64,000 nucleotides of DNA from Spirochaetia bacterium (GTDB lineage Bacteria; Spirochaetota; Spirochaetia; DSM-2461): the NCBI GenBank assembly GCA_963666985.2, contig CAXXIA010000001.1:416001-480000 (forward strand). Reading direction: 5' to 3'. The notes under the pieces were generated by a model. That model was not told where the DNA came from. It searched no databases and saw only the letters and a list, made by a program, of their open reading frames with translations. Made by a program: the position numbers and the translations under genes. Shown one piece after another: positions 37,115-47,568 of the stretch (positions are counted from its first letter, which is position 1; each line of letters starts with the position of its first letter).

Positions 37115-38641
37115 ATGAAGCGTTTCGTTCTCTCTCTCTTCATCGCTTTTATCGCGATTGCATCGGTTTCGGCCGAGTCGATTCTTGATGATCTTTTTTC
37201 GGCGGCCGACGCTGTGGCATCCGATACGGCGCGAATCTTGGATGAAGACGGAGATTTGCTGATCGCGGGAGTTTCGTATGATGGGCGTTTCATCAAACTG
37301 GGAGATCTTTTCGCCGATCTGACGGCCAACAGGCTCGCGGGACACGGCGGATTTCGGCCCCGTGTCGTTAAGCACTATACCTCTCTTCAATATCGGCCGG
37401 ATCAGGCTAAATGGTTTATGAGCGCGGCTTTATATCAAATTGAAAACCGCTTTCTTCTCAATGTGTTTCTTGAGAATGACGAGAGACAGATTAAAGGGTG
37501 GGAAATCATCCTGGAAGGCGACGGGATGAATGATCTTTTGACGCCTTCCTTGCTGCAAACCGCCGGTTCCTGGGATGCCTTCGAACCGAACAACAGCATA
37601 TCGGAAGCCTCCGCCGTTCAGCTTCCCTTGGTGGACGTTCCGATGTCGCTCTCTTCCGGAGATGAAGACTGGTTCGCCATTGATGTTCCCGAGGGGGCGA
37701 ATACACTGTTTCTGGAAGCCAAAACGGGCGGAATGATGGATACGTACATGGAATTGTACGCTCCGGGTGAAACGGATTGGGCGCGGGTGGAAGATGACGA
37801 TACCGACGGTTCCAACGCATTGATTCAATATCCTTTGAACGAGAGCGGTACCTGGTATTTGATGGTCCGCGGCTATTCGTCCGAAGAGGAAGGGGATTAC
37901 ACGCTGAGCGTCGGTCTTGAAGAGCGCACGCTTGGGCCCGATGAACCCGACGAGGGAACGGACGATGCGGGAGAGCTCGGTATCGGTGAAGAACCGCTTT
38001 CGAAGCGAATCGATTACGCCAACGACGAAGATTGGTTCCGGATCGATTTGGACCGTCCCCTGCTGCGCGACGAGGTTCTCCGCATCGAAACCTTCGGCGG
38101 CATGGACTTAATGCTGACTCTTCTGGATGAATACGAGGGGCATATTCTGGACGATGATGATTCGGGTGAAGACAATAATGCCATGATTATGGCCGGCTCT
38201 CTGGAAGCGGGAATTTATTACGCGATTGTTTCCAGCTATTCCGGCGAATCGGGTCCTTATCAAATTGCCGCAAGTATCACCATCCCCGTAAAGGATGAAT
38301 TCGAGAACGACAACAGCATGATCAGTGCTTCGGAAATTGAAGTCGACGGAGAGAGGCAGCAAAGAAACTTCTCACCAATCGGTGATGAGGATTGGGTGGC
38401 TTTCACCGTTGATTCTCAGGGAACATATGTAATGGAAACCGCCGGGAATATTGATACGTACATGGAACTCTACGACGAGGACGGGGTGATGATGGAGGAA
38501 AATGATGATTCCGATGTGGACAGCAATGCCCGAATCGAGAAATCCCTTCCTCCGGGGCGTTATATCATGCACATAACGCCTTATGGTTCCGCGAGTCCGG
38601 ATGAAACCTATTTTCTATCGGTTGAATCGAGCGGGAAATAG
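37115..38641 (+). CDS. Secreted protein with three PPC-like acidic repeats
   Basis: Signal peptide and AAGGAG SD. Repeats follow the pattern DxFEPN...DEDW...DTYMELY...DDDS..NA.I. Confidence 0.8.
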   Translation: MKRFVLSLFIAFIAIASVSAESILDDLFSAADAVASDTARILDEDGDLLIAGVSYDGRFIKLGDLFADLTANRLAGHGGFRPRVVKHYTSLQYRPDQAKWFMSAALYQIENRFLLNVFLENDERQIKGWEIILEGDGMNDLLTPSLLQTAGSWDAFEPNNSISEASAVQLPLVDVPMSLSSGDEDWFAIDVPEGANTLFLEAKTGGMMDTYMELYAPGETDWARVEDDDTDGSNALIQYPLNESGTWYLMVRGYSSEEEGDYTLSVGLEERTLGPDEPDEGTDDAGELGIGEEPLSKRIDYANDEDWFRIDLDRPLLRDEVLRIETFGGMDLMLTLLDEYEGHILDDDDSGEDNNAMIMAGSLEAGIYYAIVSSYSGESGPYQIAASITIPVKDEFENDNSMISASEIEVDGERQQRNFSPIGDEDWVAFTVDSQGTYVMETAGNIDTYMELYDEDGVMMEENDDSDVDSNARIEKSLPPGRYIMHITPYGSASPDETYFLSVESSGK

Positions 38642-38658
38642 CCCCGGTTTCAATATCG

Positions 38659-38694
38659 ACAAAAAAGGCTGCCGTAACGGGCAGTCTTTTTTGT
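38659..38694. terminator. Bidirectional intrinsic terminator
   Basis: AAAAAAGGCTGCC-GTAACG-GGCAGTCTTTTTT between convergent genes. Confidence 0.85.
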
Positions 38695-38703
38695 TCGTAT
38701 GAT

Positions 38704-39234
38704 TTATTCCGCGATTCGAACCCATTTTACGAGTACGGAACGTCCGTCAACCTCCACAACGCCTTTAAACAGCTCCGTTGTTGAAGTGACATTCCCGAAT
38801 TGCCATTCGTTTGTGCGATATTTTTCTTCGGTCATGTCTTCATCGTCGCTTTGGTAAAACATAAAAAGAACGGAACCGCCGATTTTCAGATCATCATCTT
38901 GGGCTTTCCGTGACGGCAGAACGATATGCGTCCAGTCTTTTTTTCCGTTCGCGAACATCACTTCGGCCTGATTCGCCGTCGCCGAAGACGGTTCTGTAAG
39001 AATGAGAGCCGGCAGATAATAGGCTTCTTTTTTGGACGCGTCTTTGCTGACCGAACAAAGAACCTCTTTGTCCCGAAAATCGACTTCGTCTTTGATCGCG
39101 CCGGTTGCTGTTCCGGAAGATGAATCGGAAATCTTTCCGGAGAGACTTGAGACACCTTGTTCCAGATCGGAGAATGTTTCACAAGATGCAATTAACAAGG
39201 AGCTGAATAGAATAAAAACGATAATTTTTTTCAC
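38704..39234 (-). CDS. Hypothetical lipoprotein
   Basis: GTG start after GAGG, lipobox IASC. Confidence 0.75.
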   Translation of the reverse strand: MKKIIVFILFSSLLIASCETFSDLEQGVSSLSGKISDSSSGTATGAIKDEVDFRDKEVLCSVSKDASKKEAYYLPALILTEPSSATANQAEVMFANGKKDWTHIVLPSRKAQDDDLKIGGSVLFMFYQSDDEDMTEEKYRTNEWQFGNVTSTTELFKGVVEVDGRSVLVKWVRIAE

Positions 39235-39366
39235 TTTTATCCTCCTTGTGGATGAATTTAAGTATATGAAGATTTTTTTCTTTTGAAACAAACGGATCGT
39301 ATGAATGCGCCGATCAGCCGTGAAAGGTTCTTTTCGAACCGCACATGCCCGGTTTCTCCCGGTTTT

Positions 39367-40356
39367 TTACAGATTCGCGGTTACCGATCCGGGAACAGCC
39401 TTTTCCATCGTATCGAAGCTGATGAATTTTCGAATATCGAAATCTTCTTTGAGTTTGCCCGATTCGATGAGGAATTGAGCGATGGAATCGAACGAATCCA
39501 GTTGGATTTGCGTAAAGCCGACTCTGAAATTTTGTCCCGGAATTGCCTTTTCGAACATTCCCGCATCTCCGGACACGGCGTCCGCCACGATTTGAGCCGC
39601 TTGTGAAACATTTTCGCCGATCATTTTGCTCGCCGAATCGTAGGCGCGTACGACTTTTTTGATCGTCTCCTGATTTTCTTTTGCCCAATCGGCTCTTGCG
39701 ATCAAATAAGTGGCCATAGTCTCCAAAACGGCCGAATCGTCGGCGAGAATTTTAAGATTCGGATCGTCTTCGGCTTCCTGTGTTCCGCTCAGCCAGACCC
39801 ACGCGGCTTGAATATCATCGGCTCTCAGCGCGCCGACCATCTCAAAGAGACCGGAGAAAGGAATCAGTTTTACTTCATCGGGATCGATGCCGTTCTGTGC
39901 AAGATATTTTACGGTAACCAGATGTTCGGATGTTCCCTCTACGTATCCGATCTTTTTCCCCGCGAGATCGGAAGGTGAATTGATTTCGTTGCGAACGGCC
40001 AGGGAGTGGAATCCCGGAGAGGGTTCCGCGATACAGGCGACAACCCGCATTTCTTCGGCGGCTGTGGCGGCAAGGTTGAGTACCGCGAAGTCCAATGCCG
40101 GTCCGAGATCCGCTTGCCGGGTAATAACGGCGTTGATCGCGTCGATCCCGGTTCCGAAAAGAGACACTTCCGCCTTCAATCCTTCCTCGGCAAAGTATCC
40201 TTTTTCCTCGGCAACCCAGGACTGGGCACCGAGTATAAAACCGTCGGAAGCGAACCGTACGGTTTCCGTTTCGCCGGTATCCTGCCTTCCGCCCGCAAAA
40301 GCAAACGCTGAAATAAGAATGAGCGGTAAAAAGAAAAGAAGTCGTTTATGAATCAT
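39367..40356 (-). CDS. ABC substrate-binding protein (SsuA/NMT1-like)
   Basis: Signal ending FAGG, VAEEKGYFAEEGL and DLAGKKIG. Confidence 0.88.
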   Translation of the reverse strand: MIHKRLLFFLPLILISAFAFAGGRQDTGETETVRFASDGFILGAQSWVAEEKGYFAEEGLKAEVSLFGTGIDAINAVITRQADLGPALDFAVLNLAATAAEEMRVVACIAEPSPGFHSLAVRNEINSPSDLAGKKIGYVEGTSEHLVTVKYLAQNGIDPDEVKLIPFSGLFEMVGALRADDIQAAWVWLSGTQEAEDDPNLKILADDSAVLETMATYLIARADWAKENQETIKKVVRAYDSASKMIGENVSQAAQIVADAVSGDAGMFEKAIPGQNFRVGFTQIQLDSFDSIAQFLIESGKLKEDFDIRKFISFDTMEKAVPGSVTANL

Positions 40357-40470
40357 AGAGAACCCCTTTACTTCAAGAGTGATGCAAATAACCGGAGATT
40401 TCCTTAATAATGAACATTTTTGCGAGTTTTCTTCACTGCGGTATCAGGCGCGCCGTTGAATACGGAATGC

Positions 40471-41733
40471 TTATTTCTCGGTATTTATGCTTCTCACGTC
40501 ATTGCCGCTTGGAGATTGGAAGGCTTTCAGTCCGAATTCCGCCAAAGAGGCGAAAAGATGGTCGAAAATATCGGCTTGAATCGTTTCATAATTCACCCAA
40601 ACGATATCGCGGCTGAAAAGATAGAGTTCGAGAGGCAGTCCTTCCGGGCCGCTTTGAAGCTGACGGACCATAATCGTCATATCCTCATGAACTTGGGGAT
40701 GGGCGGTTACATAGGCTTTTGCGTAAGCTCTGAAGACTCCGACGTTGGTCATGGCTCGTCCGTTCAGCGGACTGGCGGTTCGATCGATCCCTTTCCGATC
40801 ATTATAGCTTCGAATCTCCTCGCCGCGTTCTTCAAGGTAGGGTGCGAGAAGCTGTATTTTTTTCCAGCGTTCGATTTCTTGTTTTTCGGCAAATCTGATG
40901 GTGTTCATATCGAGAGAAAGGGAGCGTTTAATGCGTCTTCCGCCGGCTTCGTTCATTCCTCTCCAGTTTTTAAAGCCGCTTGTGGTGAGCTGCTGAATGG
41001 GAAACGTTACATAGGTTTTGTCCCAGTTCCGTACCGTAACGTTTAAGAGATTGATATCGATCACATCTCCGTCGGCGCCGGCCGAAGGCACTTCAATCCA
41101 GTCCCCGATGCGCACCATGTCGTTGGACGAGATTTGGAATCCCGAGACGAGTCCCATCAGGGGATCTTTGAAAATCAGCATAAGAACGGCCGAGAGGGCG
41201 CCGAGTCCGGCCATAAGGCCGCTGACCGGCTTTTTGGTGATAACCGAAAACGCCAGAATAACGGCCGCTACGATGACAAGAACCTGTACGGCCTGAATAA
41301 TCCCTTTAATGGGGCGTCTTTTTGCGTCTTCGCGTCTGCTGTAGATTGCGTTTACGGCGCTGAGGGTTCTGGTAATCGCCATGGCTACCAGCAGAATCAT
41401 CAGAAGTACCATCAGGCCCCGTATGATTGAAAGAAGAATGGGAAGGCCTGTCAGAACGGCCGGGCAGAGGAACCAGATCATGACCGTCGGGATGATTTGT
41501 ATTACCTGCTGAAAAACGCCTTTATCGAAGAGTTCGTCGTCCCATGTCGTTTTGGTGCGTCTGATAAGGCGTTCGAAAGCTTTCAGCGCGATTTTGGCGG
41601 TGATCCACCACACAATCAGCGCGGCGAGGATTACTCCGATTCCCATAACGGTACGGGAAAGAATCCCCGACCAGAGGGAATCGATGTTCCAGCTTTCCAG
41701 AAGTGTTTCCAAATGTCCGAGCAGCTTTTCCAT
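40471..41733 (-). CDS. Mechanosensitive channel, MscS family (YbdG-like)
   Basis: GDWIE, ADGDV, VRNWDKT, FKNWRGM..GGRRIKR and TNVGVFRAY. Confidence 0.92.
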   Translation of the reverse strand: MEKLLGHLETLLESWNIDSLWSGILSRTVMGIGVILAALIVWWITAKIALKAFERLIRRTKTTWDDELFDKGVFQQVIQIIPTVMIWFLCPAVLTGLPILLSIIRGLMVLLMILLVAMAITRTLSAVNAIYSRREDAKRRPIKGIIQAVQVLVIVAAVILAFSVITKKPVSGLMAGLGALSAVLMLIFKDPLMGLVSGFQISSNDMVRIGDWIEVPSAGADGDVIDINLLNVTVRNWDKTYVTFPIQQLTTSGFKNWRGMNEAGGRRIKRSLSLDMNTIRFAEKQEIERWKKIQLLAPYLEERGEEIRSYNDRKGIDRTASPLNGRAMTNVGVFRAYAKAYVTAHPQVHEDMTIMVRQLQSGPEGLPLELYLFSRDIVWVNYETIQADIFDHLFASLAEFGLKAFQSPSGNDVRSINTEK

Positions 41734-41740
41734 AGATTCT

Positions 41741-43120
41741 TCAGCTTATCATCGATTCCGGGTTCAAAAGCCGATCGATTTCATCCTCGGGGAGAATGCC
41801 GGATGCCTTCACGACTTCCCGTATGGTTTTTTTCGTTACAAAGGCTTCGTGGGCCAATGCGGCCGCTTTGTCGTAGCCGATTTTCAGCGCCAGGGGCGTT
41901 ACCAGAGCCAGGCTTTGCTCAATCCAGCCGGCGGCTCGTTCCGAGTCCGCTTCGATTCCGGCGATACAGCGTTCGGCGAAGGCTTTCGCCGCGTTGCCGA
42001 GAATCTCCATGGCGGTTAACGAGCACCAGGCGATCATCGGATGCATCATGTTCAGCTGAAGCGGTCCGGATGAGCCGCCGATGCTCACCGCCAGAGCCTG
42101 GCCGCGGGCAAAAGCGGCGGCCTGGATGACCATTTCGGGGATAACCGGATTCACTTTTCCCGGCATGATGGAGCTTCCCGGCTGGAGGGCCGGCAGGATA
42201 AGTTCCCCAAAACCGGCTCTGGGGCCGGATGATAGAAGCCGGATGTCTTCCGCGATTTTTCCCAGGGTAACGGCCACGGTATTCACGGCGCCCATCAGTT
42301 CCACTTGGGCGTCCCGGGAGGCGATGGCTTCAAACCGGCTGGGCGCTCCCGTGAAGGGAACGCCGGTTTCCTCGGCGATATAGGCAATGGCCGTATCCGC
42401 GAATCCTTCGGGACAGTTCAGACCGCTGCCCACGGCGGTACCGCCCAGAGCGAGTTCTTCCAGATGAGGGAGGGTTGAGGCGATGCGGCGAACGGATTTG
42501 GAGATCTGTTCCCGCCAGGCGCCGAATTCATCTCCGAGGGTCATGGGAACCGCGTCCTGGAGGTGGGTGCGCCCAAGTTTCAGCACCCGGGCAAATTCCG
42601 TTTCCTTGTCCGCAAGAGCTTTCTCAAGAGTTTTGAGGTTTTGAATAAGGGCGGCGGCGGCAAGACGGTTCGCGATGTGCAGGGATGTGGGAACAACATC
42701 GTTCGACGATTGGCTTTTATTCACATGATCGTTGGGATGAACCGGCGAGCGGGTTCCTTTTTCACCTCCGAGGGCGACATTGGCTTTGTTGGCGAGAACC
42801 TCGTTCATGTTCATGTTGGTGCTGGTGGCGCTGCCGGTTTGGAACACATCCACCGGGAATTCATTATCCAGTTTTCCGTCGATGACTTCCTCAGAGGCGG
42901 CGATGACGGCGTCGGCAAGATGCGGTTCGAGGCCTCCCAGCCTTTTGTTGGCCGCCGCGGCCGCTTTCTTTACCAAGGCCAGAGCTTTAATAAACGAAGA
43001 GGGCATGGTGAAGGAGGAAATGCCGAAATTTTCCACCGCCCGCCGGGTTTGGGCGCCGTACCAGCAGTCGGCGGGAAGTTCCACCTCCCCCATGGAATCC
43101 TGTTCGATTCTTGTTTCCAT
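41741..43120 (-). CDS. fumC: Class II fumarate hydratase
   Basis: DSMG, YGAQT.RA, GRTHLQDA and GSSIMPGKVNP. Confidence 0.93.
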   Translation of the reverse strand: METRIEQDSMGEVELPADCWYGAQTRRAVENFGISSFTMPSSFIKALALVKKAAAAANKRLGGLEPHLADAVIAASEEVIDGKLDNEFPVDVFQTGSATSTNMNMNEVLANKANVALGGEKGTRSPVHPNDHVNKSQSSNDVVPTSLHIANRLAAAALIQNLKTLEKALADKETEFARVLKLGRTHLQDAVPMTLGDEFGAWREQISKSVRRIASTLPHLEELALGGTAVGSGLNCPEGFADTAIAYIAEETGVPFTGAPSRFEAIASRDAQVELMGAVNTVAVTLGKIAEDIRLLSSGPRAGFGELILPALQPGSSIMPGKVNPVIPEMVIQAAAFARGQALAVSIGGSSGPLQLNMMHPMIAWCSLTAMEILGNAAKAFAERCIAGIEADSERAAGWIEQSLALVTPLALKIGYDKAAALAHEAFVTKKTIREVVKASGILPEDEIDRLLNPESMIS

Positions 43121-43130
43121 GCGGACTCCT

Positions 43131-45782
43131 TTAAGCGCTGAGAATGCGCAGCACAAAAGACAGAATGCCTCCGGCCCGCCAGTAATCCATTTCCACCGCC
43201 GTATCGATGCGGCATGTTACGGGGATTTGCGCGGTTGTTCCGTTTTCGGATTCGGCCGTAAGAGTCAGGGATGCTCCCGGAGTTATCGTATCCAGCGAAG
43301 AGACCGACAGGATTTCCGACCCGTTGAGTCCGTAAGACTTAACCGAGCCGCCGCCGGTGAATTCCAGGGGCAGAATCCCCATGCCGATCAGGTTGGAGCG
43401 ATGGATGCGTTCATAGCTTTCGGCCACGACGAATTTAACTCCTTGGAGCATCGGCCCCTTGCCGGCCCAGTCCCGAGAGGAACCGGTTCCGTACTCCTTG
43501 CCCGCAAAAACGGCCAGCGGTGCTCCGGCTTCTCCCCAAGCCATGGCCGCGTCATAAATACTCACCGTTTTCCCATCCGGCCCTTTCGTATAGCCGCCCT
43601 CGATATCCTTTAACATGGCGTTCTTAATGCGGATATTGGCGAAGGTGCCTCTCATCATCACTTCATGATTTCCCCGGCGGCTTCCGAAGGAATTGAAATC
43701 GGCCGGTTCCACGCCGTGGGATTTCAGATAGAGTCCGGCCGGACCGTCGGGAGGGATGGTTCCCGCGGGAGAAATATGGTCGGTTGTGGTGGAATCGGGA
43801 AGAATCGCAAGAGTGCGGGCTCCCGTGATGGCCGAAGGGGAGCAAAAAGATGCGAATCCGTCGAAGAAGGGGGGACGGCGGATATAGGTACTCTCTTCTT
43901 CCCAGTCGTATCGTTCTCCGGAAGGAGCATCGAGAGTGCGCCATTGTTCCGGTCCGGTGAAAACATCCGCGTACGTTGCTCTGAAGAGTTCCGGGGTAAG
44001 GTGTGCGCCCAAGGCTTCGGAGATTTCCTCGGGTGACGGCCAAATATCTTTGAGATAAACCGGGGTGCCCTCGGCGTCTTCGCCCAGGGGGTCGTTTTCA
44101 AAGTTGACAAGGACGCTCCCCGCCAGCGCATAGGCCACCACCAGAGGAGGCGAGGCAAGGTAGCTGGCCTTGGAATCCGGACTCACCCGGCCGTCGAAAT
44201 TTCGATTTCCCGAAAGAACGTTCGCCGTTACAAGGTCGCCTTCGACGACGGCTTTTTTGACTTCCGGCGGAAGCGGTCCCGAATTTCCGATGCAGGTGGC
44301 GCATCCGTAGCCGATAAGCTGGAATCCCTGAGCGTCGAGATATTCGGTCAAACCGGCTTTCTCCAGGTAGGCGGTTACCACGCGGCTTCCGGGCGCAAAA
44401 GACGTTTTCACCCAAGGTTTGGTTTTTATCCCTTTTTCAAGAGCTTTCTTGGCCACCAATCCCGCCGCCACAAGGACCGCCGGATTGGATGTGTTGGTAC
44501 AGCTTGTAATGGAGGCGATGGCCACATCGCCGTGAGTGAGATTGTGGTCGATTCCGTCGATTTTCACCGCCCGGCGGGACGGCGCGCCGTTTATGCCGTA
44601 GACATCACTGAGTGATTTGCGGAAGCTTGAGGGAATTTCGGTGAGGGGAATAAGATCCTGGGGCCGGCGCGGGCCTGACATCGAGGGAACCACATCGTTC
44701 ATATTCAGGATGAGCTGATCGGTGTAGTTCGCCGGATTCTCATCGTCGCGCCACATTCCCTGCGCTTTTGCATAGGCTTCCACGAGGGCGACTTGCGATT
44801 CATCGCGTCCCGTGAGACGCAGATAGGAAATCAGTTCATCGTCTATGGGGAAAATGCCGCAGGTGGCGCCGTATTCGGGGGCCATGTTGCTTAAGGTGGC
44901 CCTGTCGGCCAGAGAAAGGGAACTTAAGCCCGATCCGTGGAATTCGACGAATTTGCCCACGACGCCTTTGGCGCGGAGCATTTTAACGACGGTGAGAACC
45001 AAGTCGGTGGCGGTGCATCCGGCCGGAAGATTCCCTTCCAGCTTAAAACCGACGACATCGGGAATGAGCATGGTCACCGGCTGCCCCAGCATGGCCGCCT
45101 CGGCTTCGATTCCTCCCACGCCCCATCCGAGAACGCCCAGGCCGTTGATCATCGTGGTGTGGCTGTCGGTGCCGACGACGGTATCCGGGTAGACAATTGT
45201 TTTTCCGGAATATTGTCCGCTCCACACCACTTTGGCCAGGTATTCGAGATTTACCTGGTGGATAATGCCTGTTCCCGGGGGAACCACGCGGAAATTACCG
45301 AAGGCGCTTTGACCCCATTTTAAGAAGCGGTAACGCTCTCTGTTCCGTTTGAATTCGAGCGTAACATTCTTTTCATAGGCGTCTTTCGAACCGAAGTGGT
45401 CCACCATCACCGAATGGTCGATTATCAGATCTACGGGGATTTGCGGATTGATCTTCGAGACATCACCGCCGTTTTCCGCCAGGGCATCGCGCATGGCCGC
45501 CAGATCCACGACCGCCGGAACTCCGGTGAAGTCCTGCATCACCACGCGGGCGGGGTGATAGGCAATGTCTCTTTGCTCCGAGTTTTCAGGGCTCCAGGAT
45601 GCCAGAGCCGCAATGTCTTGTGCATCGACAGCCGGTGAATCGGCGTTCCTGAGGAGATTTTCAAGAAGGATTTTCAAAGAAAAGGGCAGACGGGAAATAT
45701 CCAGCCCTTGAGAAGCGGCATAGTCTTGAATGTCGCAGTATTCGTAGGTTTTCTCTCCAACGGAAAGACTGTTTGTGGTCAT
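43131..45782 (-). CDS. acnA: Aconitate hydratase A
   Basis: QDFTGVP, DHS, DSHT, SCTNTSNP, GCATCIGNSG and GSSRDWA. Confidence 0.97.
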   Translation of the reverse strand: MTTNSLSVGEKTYEYCDIQDYAASQGLDISRLPFSLKILLENLLRNADSPAVDAQDIAALASWSPENSEQRDIAYHPARVVMQDFTGVPAVVDLAAMRDALAENGGDVSKINPQIPVDLIIDHSVMVDHFGSKDAYEKNVTLEFKRNRERYRFLKWGQSAFGNFRVVPPGTGIIHQVNLEYLAKVVWSGQYSGKTIVYPDTVVGTDSHTTMINGLGVLGWGVGGIEAEAAMLGQPVTMLIPDVVGFKLEGNLPAGCTATDLVLTVVKMLRAKGVVGKFVEFHGSGLSSLSLADRATLSNMAPEYGATCGIFPIDDELISYLRLTGRDESQVALVEAYAKAQGMWRDDENPANYTDQLILNMNDVVPSMSGPRRPQDLIPLTEIPSSFRKSLSDVYGINGAPSRRAVKIDGIDHNLTHGDVAIASITSCTNTSNPAVLVAAGLVAKKALEKGIKTKPWVKTSFAPGSRVVTAYLEKAGLTEYLDAQGFQLIGYGCATCIGNSGPLPPEVKKAVVEGDLVTANVLSGNRNFDGRVSPDSKASYLASPPLVVAYALAGSVLVNFENDPLGEDAEGTPVYLKDIWPSPEEISEALGAHLTPELFRATYADVFTGPEQWRTLDAPSGERYDWEEESTYIRRPPFFDGFASFCSPSAITGARTLAILPDSTTTDHISPAGTIPPDGPAGLYLKSHGVEPADFNSFGSRRGNHEVMMRGTFANIRIKNAMLKDIEGGYTKGPDGKTVSIYDAAMAWGEAGAPLAVFAGKEYGTGSSRDWAGKGPMLQGVKFVVAESYERIHRSNLIGMGILPLEFTGGGSVKSYGLNGSEILSVSSLDTITPGASLTLTAESENGTTAQIPVTCRIDTAVEMDYWRAGGILSFVLRILSA

Positions 45783-45959
45783 GGGAGCCTCGATGAGATT
45801 TGATGTGATTATGATAGGCGAGAGGAGCCTTGCTGTTCAAGGAAGGGCGGGCGCATAATAATCGGTACGGTATGGAATAAAAGAAGAGCGGAGTGTGAGA
45901 ATTCAGTGCCGGAATCCCGTAAAACCCATGGTGTTTCGCGGGATTCGGATGTTTTTCCG

Positions 45960-46565
45960 CTAGAAGCGGATGAGAAAACCGAGAGTCAGATTTTCAACGT
46001 CCAGAGGCGAATCCATATAGGCATAGGCTTCCGATTGTTCCCCGGATCCCGTGTCATAAGTACTTTTATAAAGAGATAGACTTAAAGCATCCCAGGTAAA
46101 TCGAAACGTCAGCCGGTCGGTCATGTTCAGATCCATGAATAATGGAACAGATGCATTAAAGGCAATCCGCATATAAGAATCATACGTGGAAGTTTCGGGA
46201 TAATAACCGTAACCCAATCGAACTTTTACCCCGGCGCCCAAGGATATGACGTTCGTATTGACGAAGTGGTAATAAAAAGACGAGCCGATTCCGAGAAACG
46301 TCCATCGCACGTCAATCTCTCCATTCGTTTTTTCCGCCGACGTATATAAAGTGAGAAACGGAACCAGTTCCATTTTTTCGTTCAGCATAATGGAGAGGAA
46401 CGGCTGAAAACTTAAAGAGTTGGTTTGACTCTTATCTCCCGAGGTGTCTTTGGCGGTATATCCGTCCAAATCGATCGACAGCCCCGCGCCGAATTGACGG
46501 TTTTCGGCCCAGCCGAAGGATACCGCAGAGAGGAAGACAAGAAGTAAGAAAAGCCACTTTTTCAT
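45960..46565 (-). CDS. Putative small outer-membrane beta-barrel protein
   Basis: Signal peptide, alternating aromatic strands and a C-terminal Phe. Confidence 0.65.
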   Translation of the reverse strand: MKKWLFLLLVFLSAVSFGWAENRQFGAGLSIDLDGYTAKDTSGDKSQTNSLSFQPFLSIMLNEKMELVPFLTLYTSAEKTNGEIDVRWTFLGIGSSFYYHFVNTNVISLGAGVKVRLGYGYYPETSTYDSYMRIAFNASVPLFMDLNMTDRLTFRFTWDALSLSLYKSTYDTGSGEQSEAYAYMDSPLDVENLTLGFLIRF

Positions 46566-46691
46566 AAATATTAACTCCTAACCAAGCAAGCTTTCCAATA
46601 TTAACATTCGATCATTAATAAAATCAATTAATATCAATTAATTATTGAATAATCGAAGAGAGCGTTTCGAATATGTTTTTTGACTTTTTCT

Positions 46692-47360
46692 TCAGCGCGG
46701 TTTCACAACCGTCGAGATTTTCTCGATGGTCATGTCCTTCAGGTCGGAAACAAGGGCATCGGCTCCGGTTAATCCGGCGTTCCCCACGCCGATAACGGCC
46801 ATTCCCGCGGCTTTCCCCGCATCGACTCCGGACTGGGCGTCTTCAAAGACGACGCATTCGGAAGGCGGTACCGCAAGGGCTTCGGCCCCTTTGAGAAAGA
46901 CTTCCGGATGAGGCTTGCTGTGCGTGATGGAATTGCCGTCGACGACGGCGTCGAATATATCCGCAAGGCCTATTTTTTCAAGGATAAGCGGAGTGTTTCT
47001 GCTGGAAGAGCCGATGGCGATAAGCATGCCCGAATTACGAAGGTTTTCAAGAAGACTTTGAACGCCGGGAAGGATGTCGCCGGGACCGAGTTCTTCGAGC
47101 AGATCTCTATAGAAAGTGTTTTTCGCCGTCAGCATCGCCTCGAATTGATCCGAGGGAACCTCGGCGCTGTTCGCTTTCAGGATGAGTTTAAGACTTTCGG
47201 CCCGGCTGACGCCTCTGAGGGAATGATTCAGATTTCGGTCGAAGGCATAGCCGTTCTCATCGGCCAAGGCTTTCCAGGCTTTATAATGGCATTCGTCGGT
47301 GGAGACGATGACTCCGTCGAGATCGAAGATAACCAGGCGGATACGGGATGGTTCGCTCAT
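46692..47360 (-). CDS. pgmB: Beta-phosphoglucomutase
   Basis: FDLDGV, LRGVSR, SSSRN, KPHPEVF and FEDA. Confidence 0.9.
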   Translation of the reverse strand: MSEPSRIRLVIFDLDGVIVSTDECHYKAWKALADENGYAFDRNLNHSLRGVSRAESLKLILKANSAEVPSDQFEAMLTAKNTFYRDLLEELGPGDILPGVQSLLENLRNSGMLIAIGSSSRNTPLILEKIGLADIFDAVVDGNSITHSKPHPEVFLKGAEALAVPPSECVVFEDAQSGVDAGKAAGMAVIGVGNAGLTGADALVSDLKDMTIEKISTVVKPR

Positions 47361-47568
47361 AAACGGATGATACCACGGGAGGCGCGGGTACGGGAAAGGC
47401 CGCCGGCGGGAAAGGAGGAAGATCGGAGAGGTTTCGGCAGATATTTCGGGGAGAACGGGAAGAAACGCTTCCCGGCGATGGGATGAGGCCGGCTTTGGGG
47501 ATTACAAAAAAAACTTCGCTTGTCATGATGGACCGTAGGCACGATTCTATGAGAATCGGAGGAAGATA

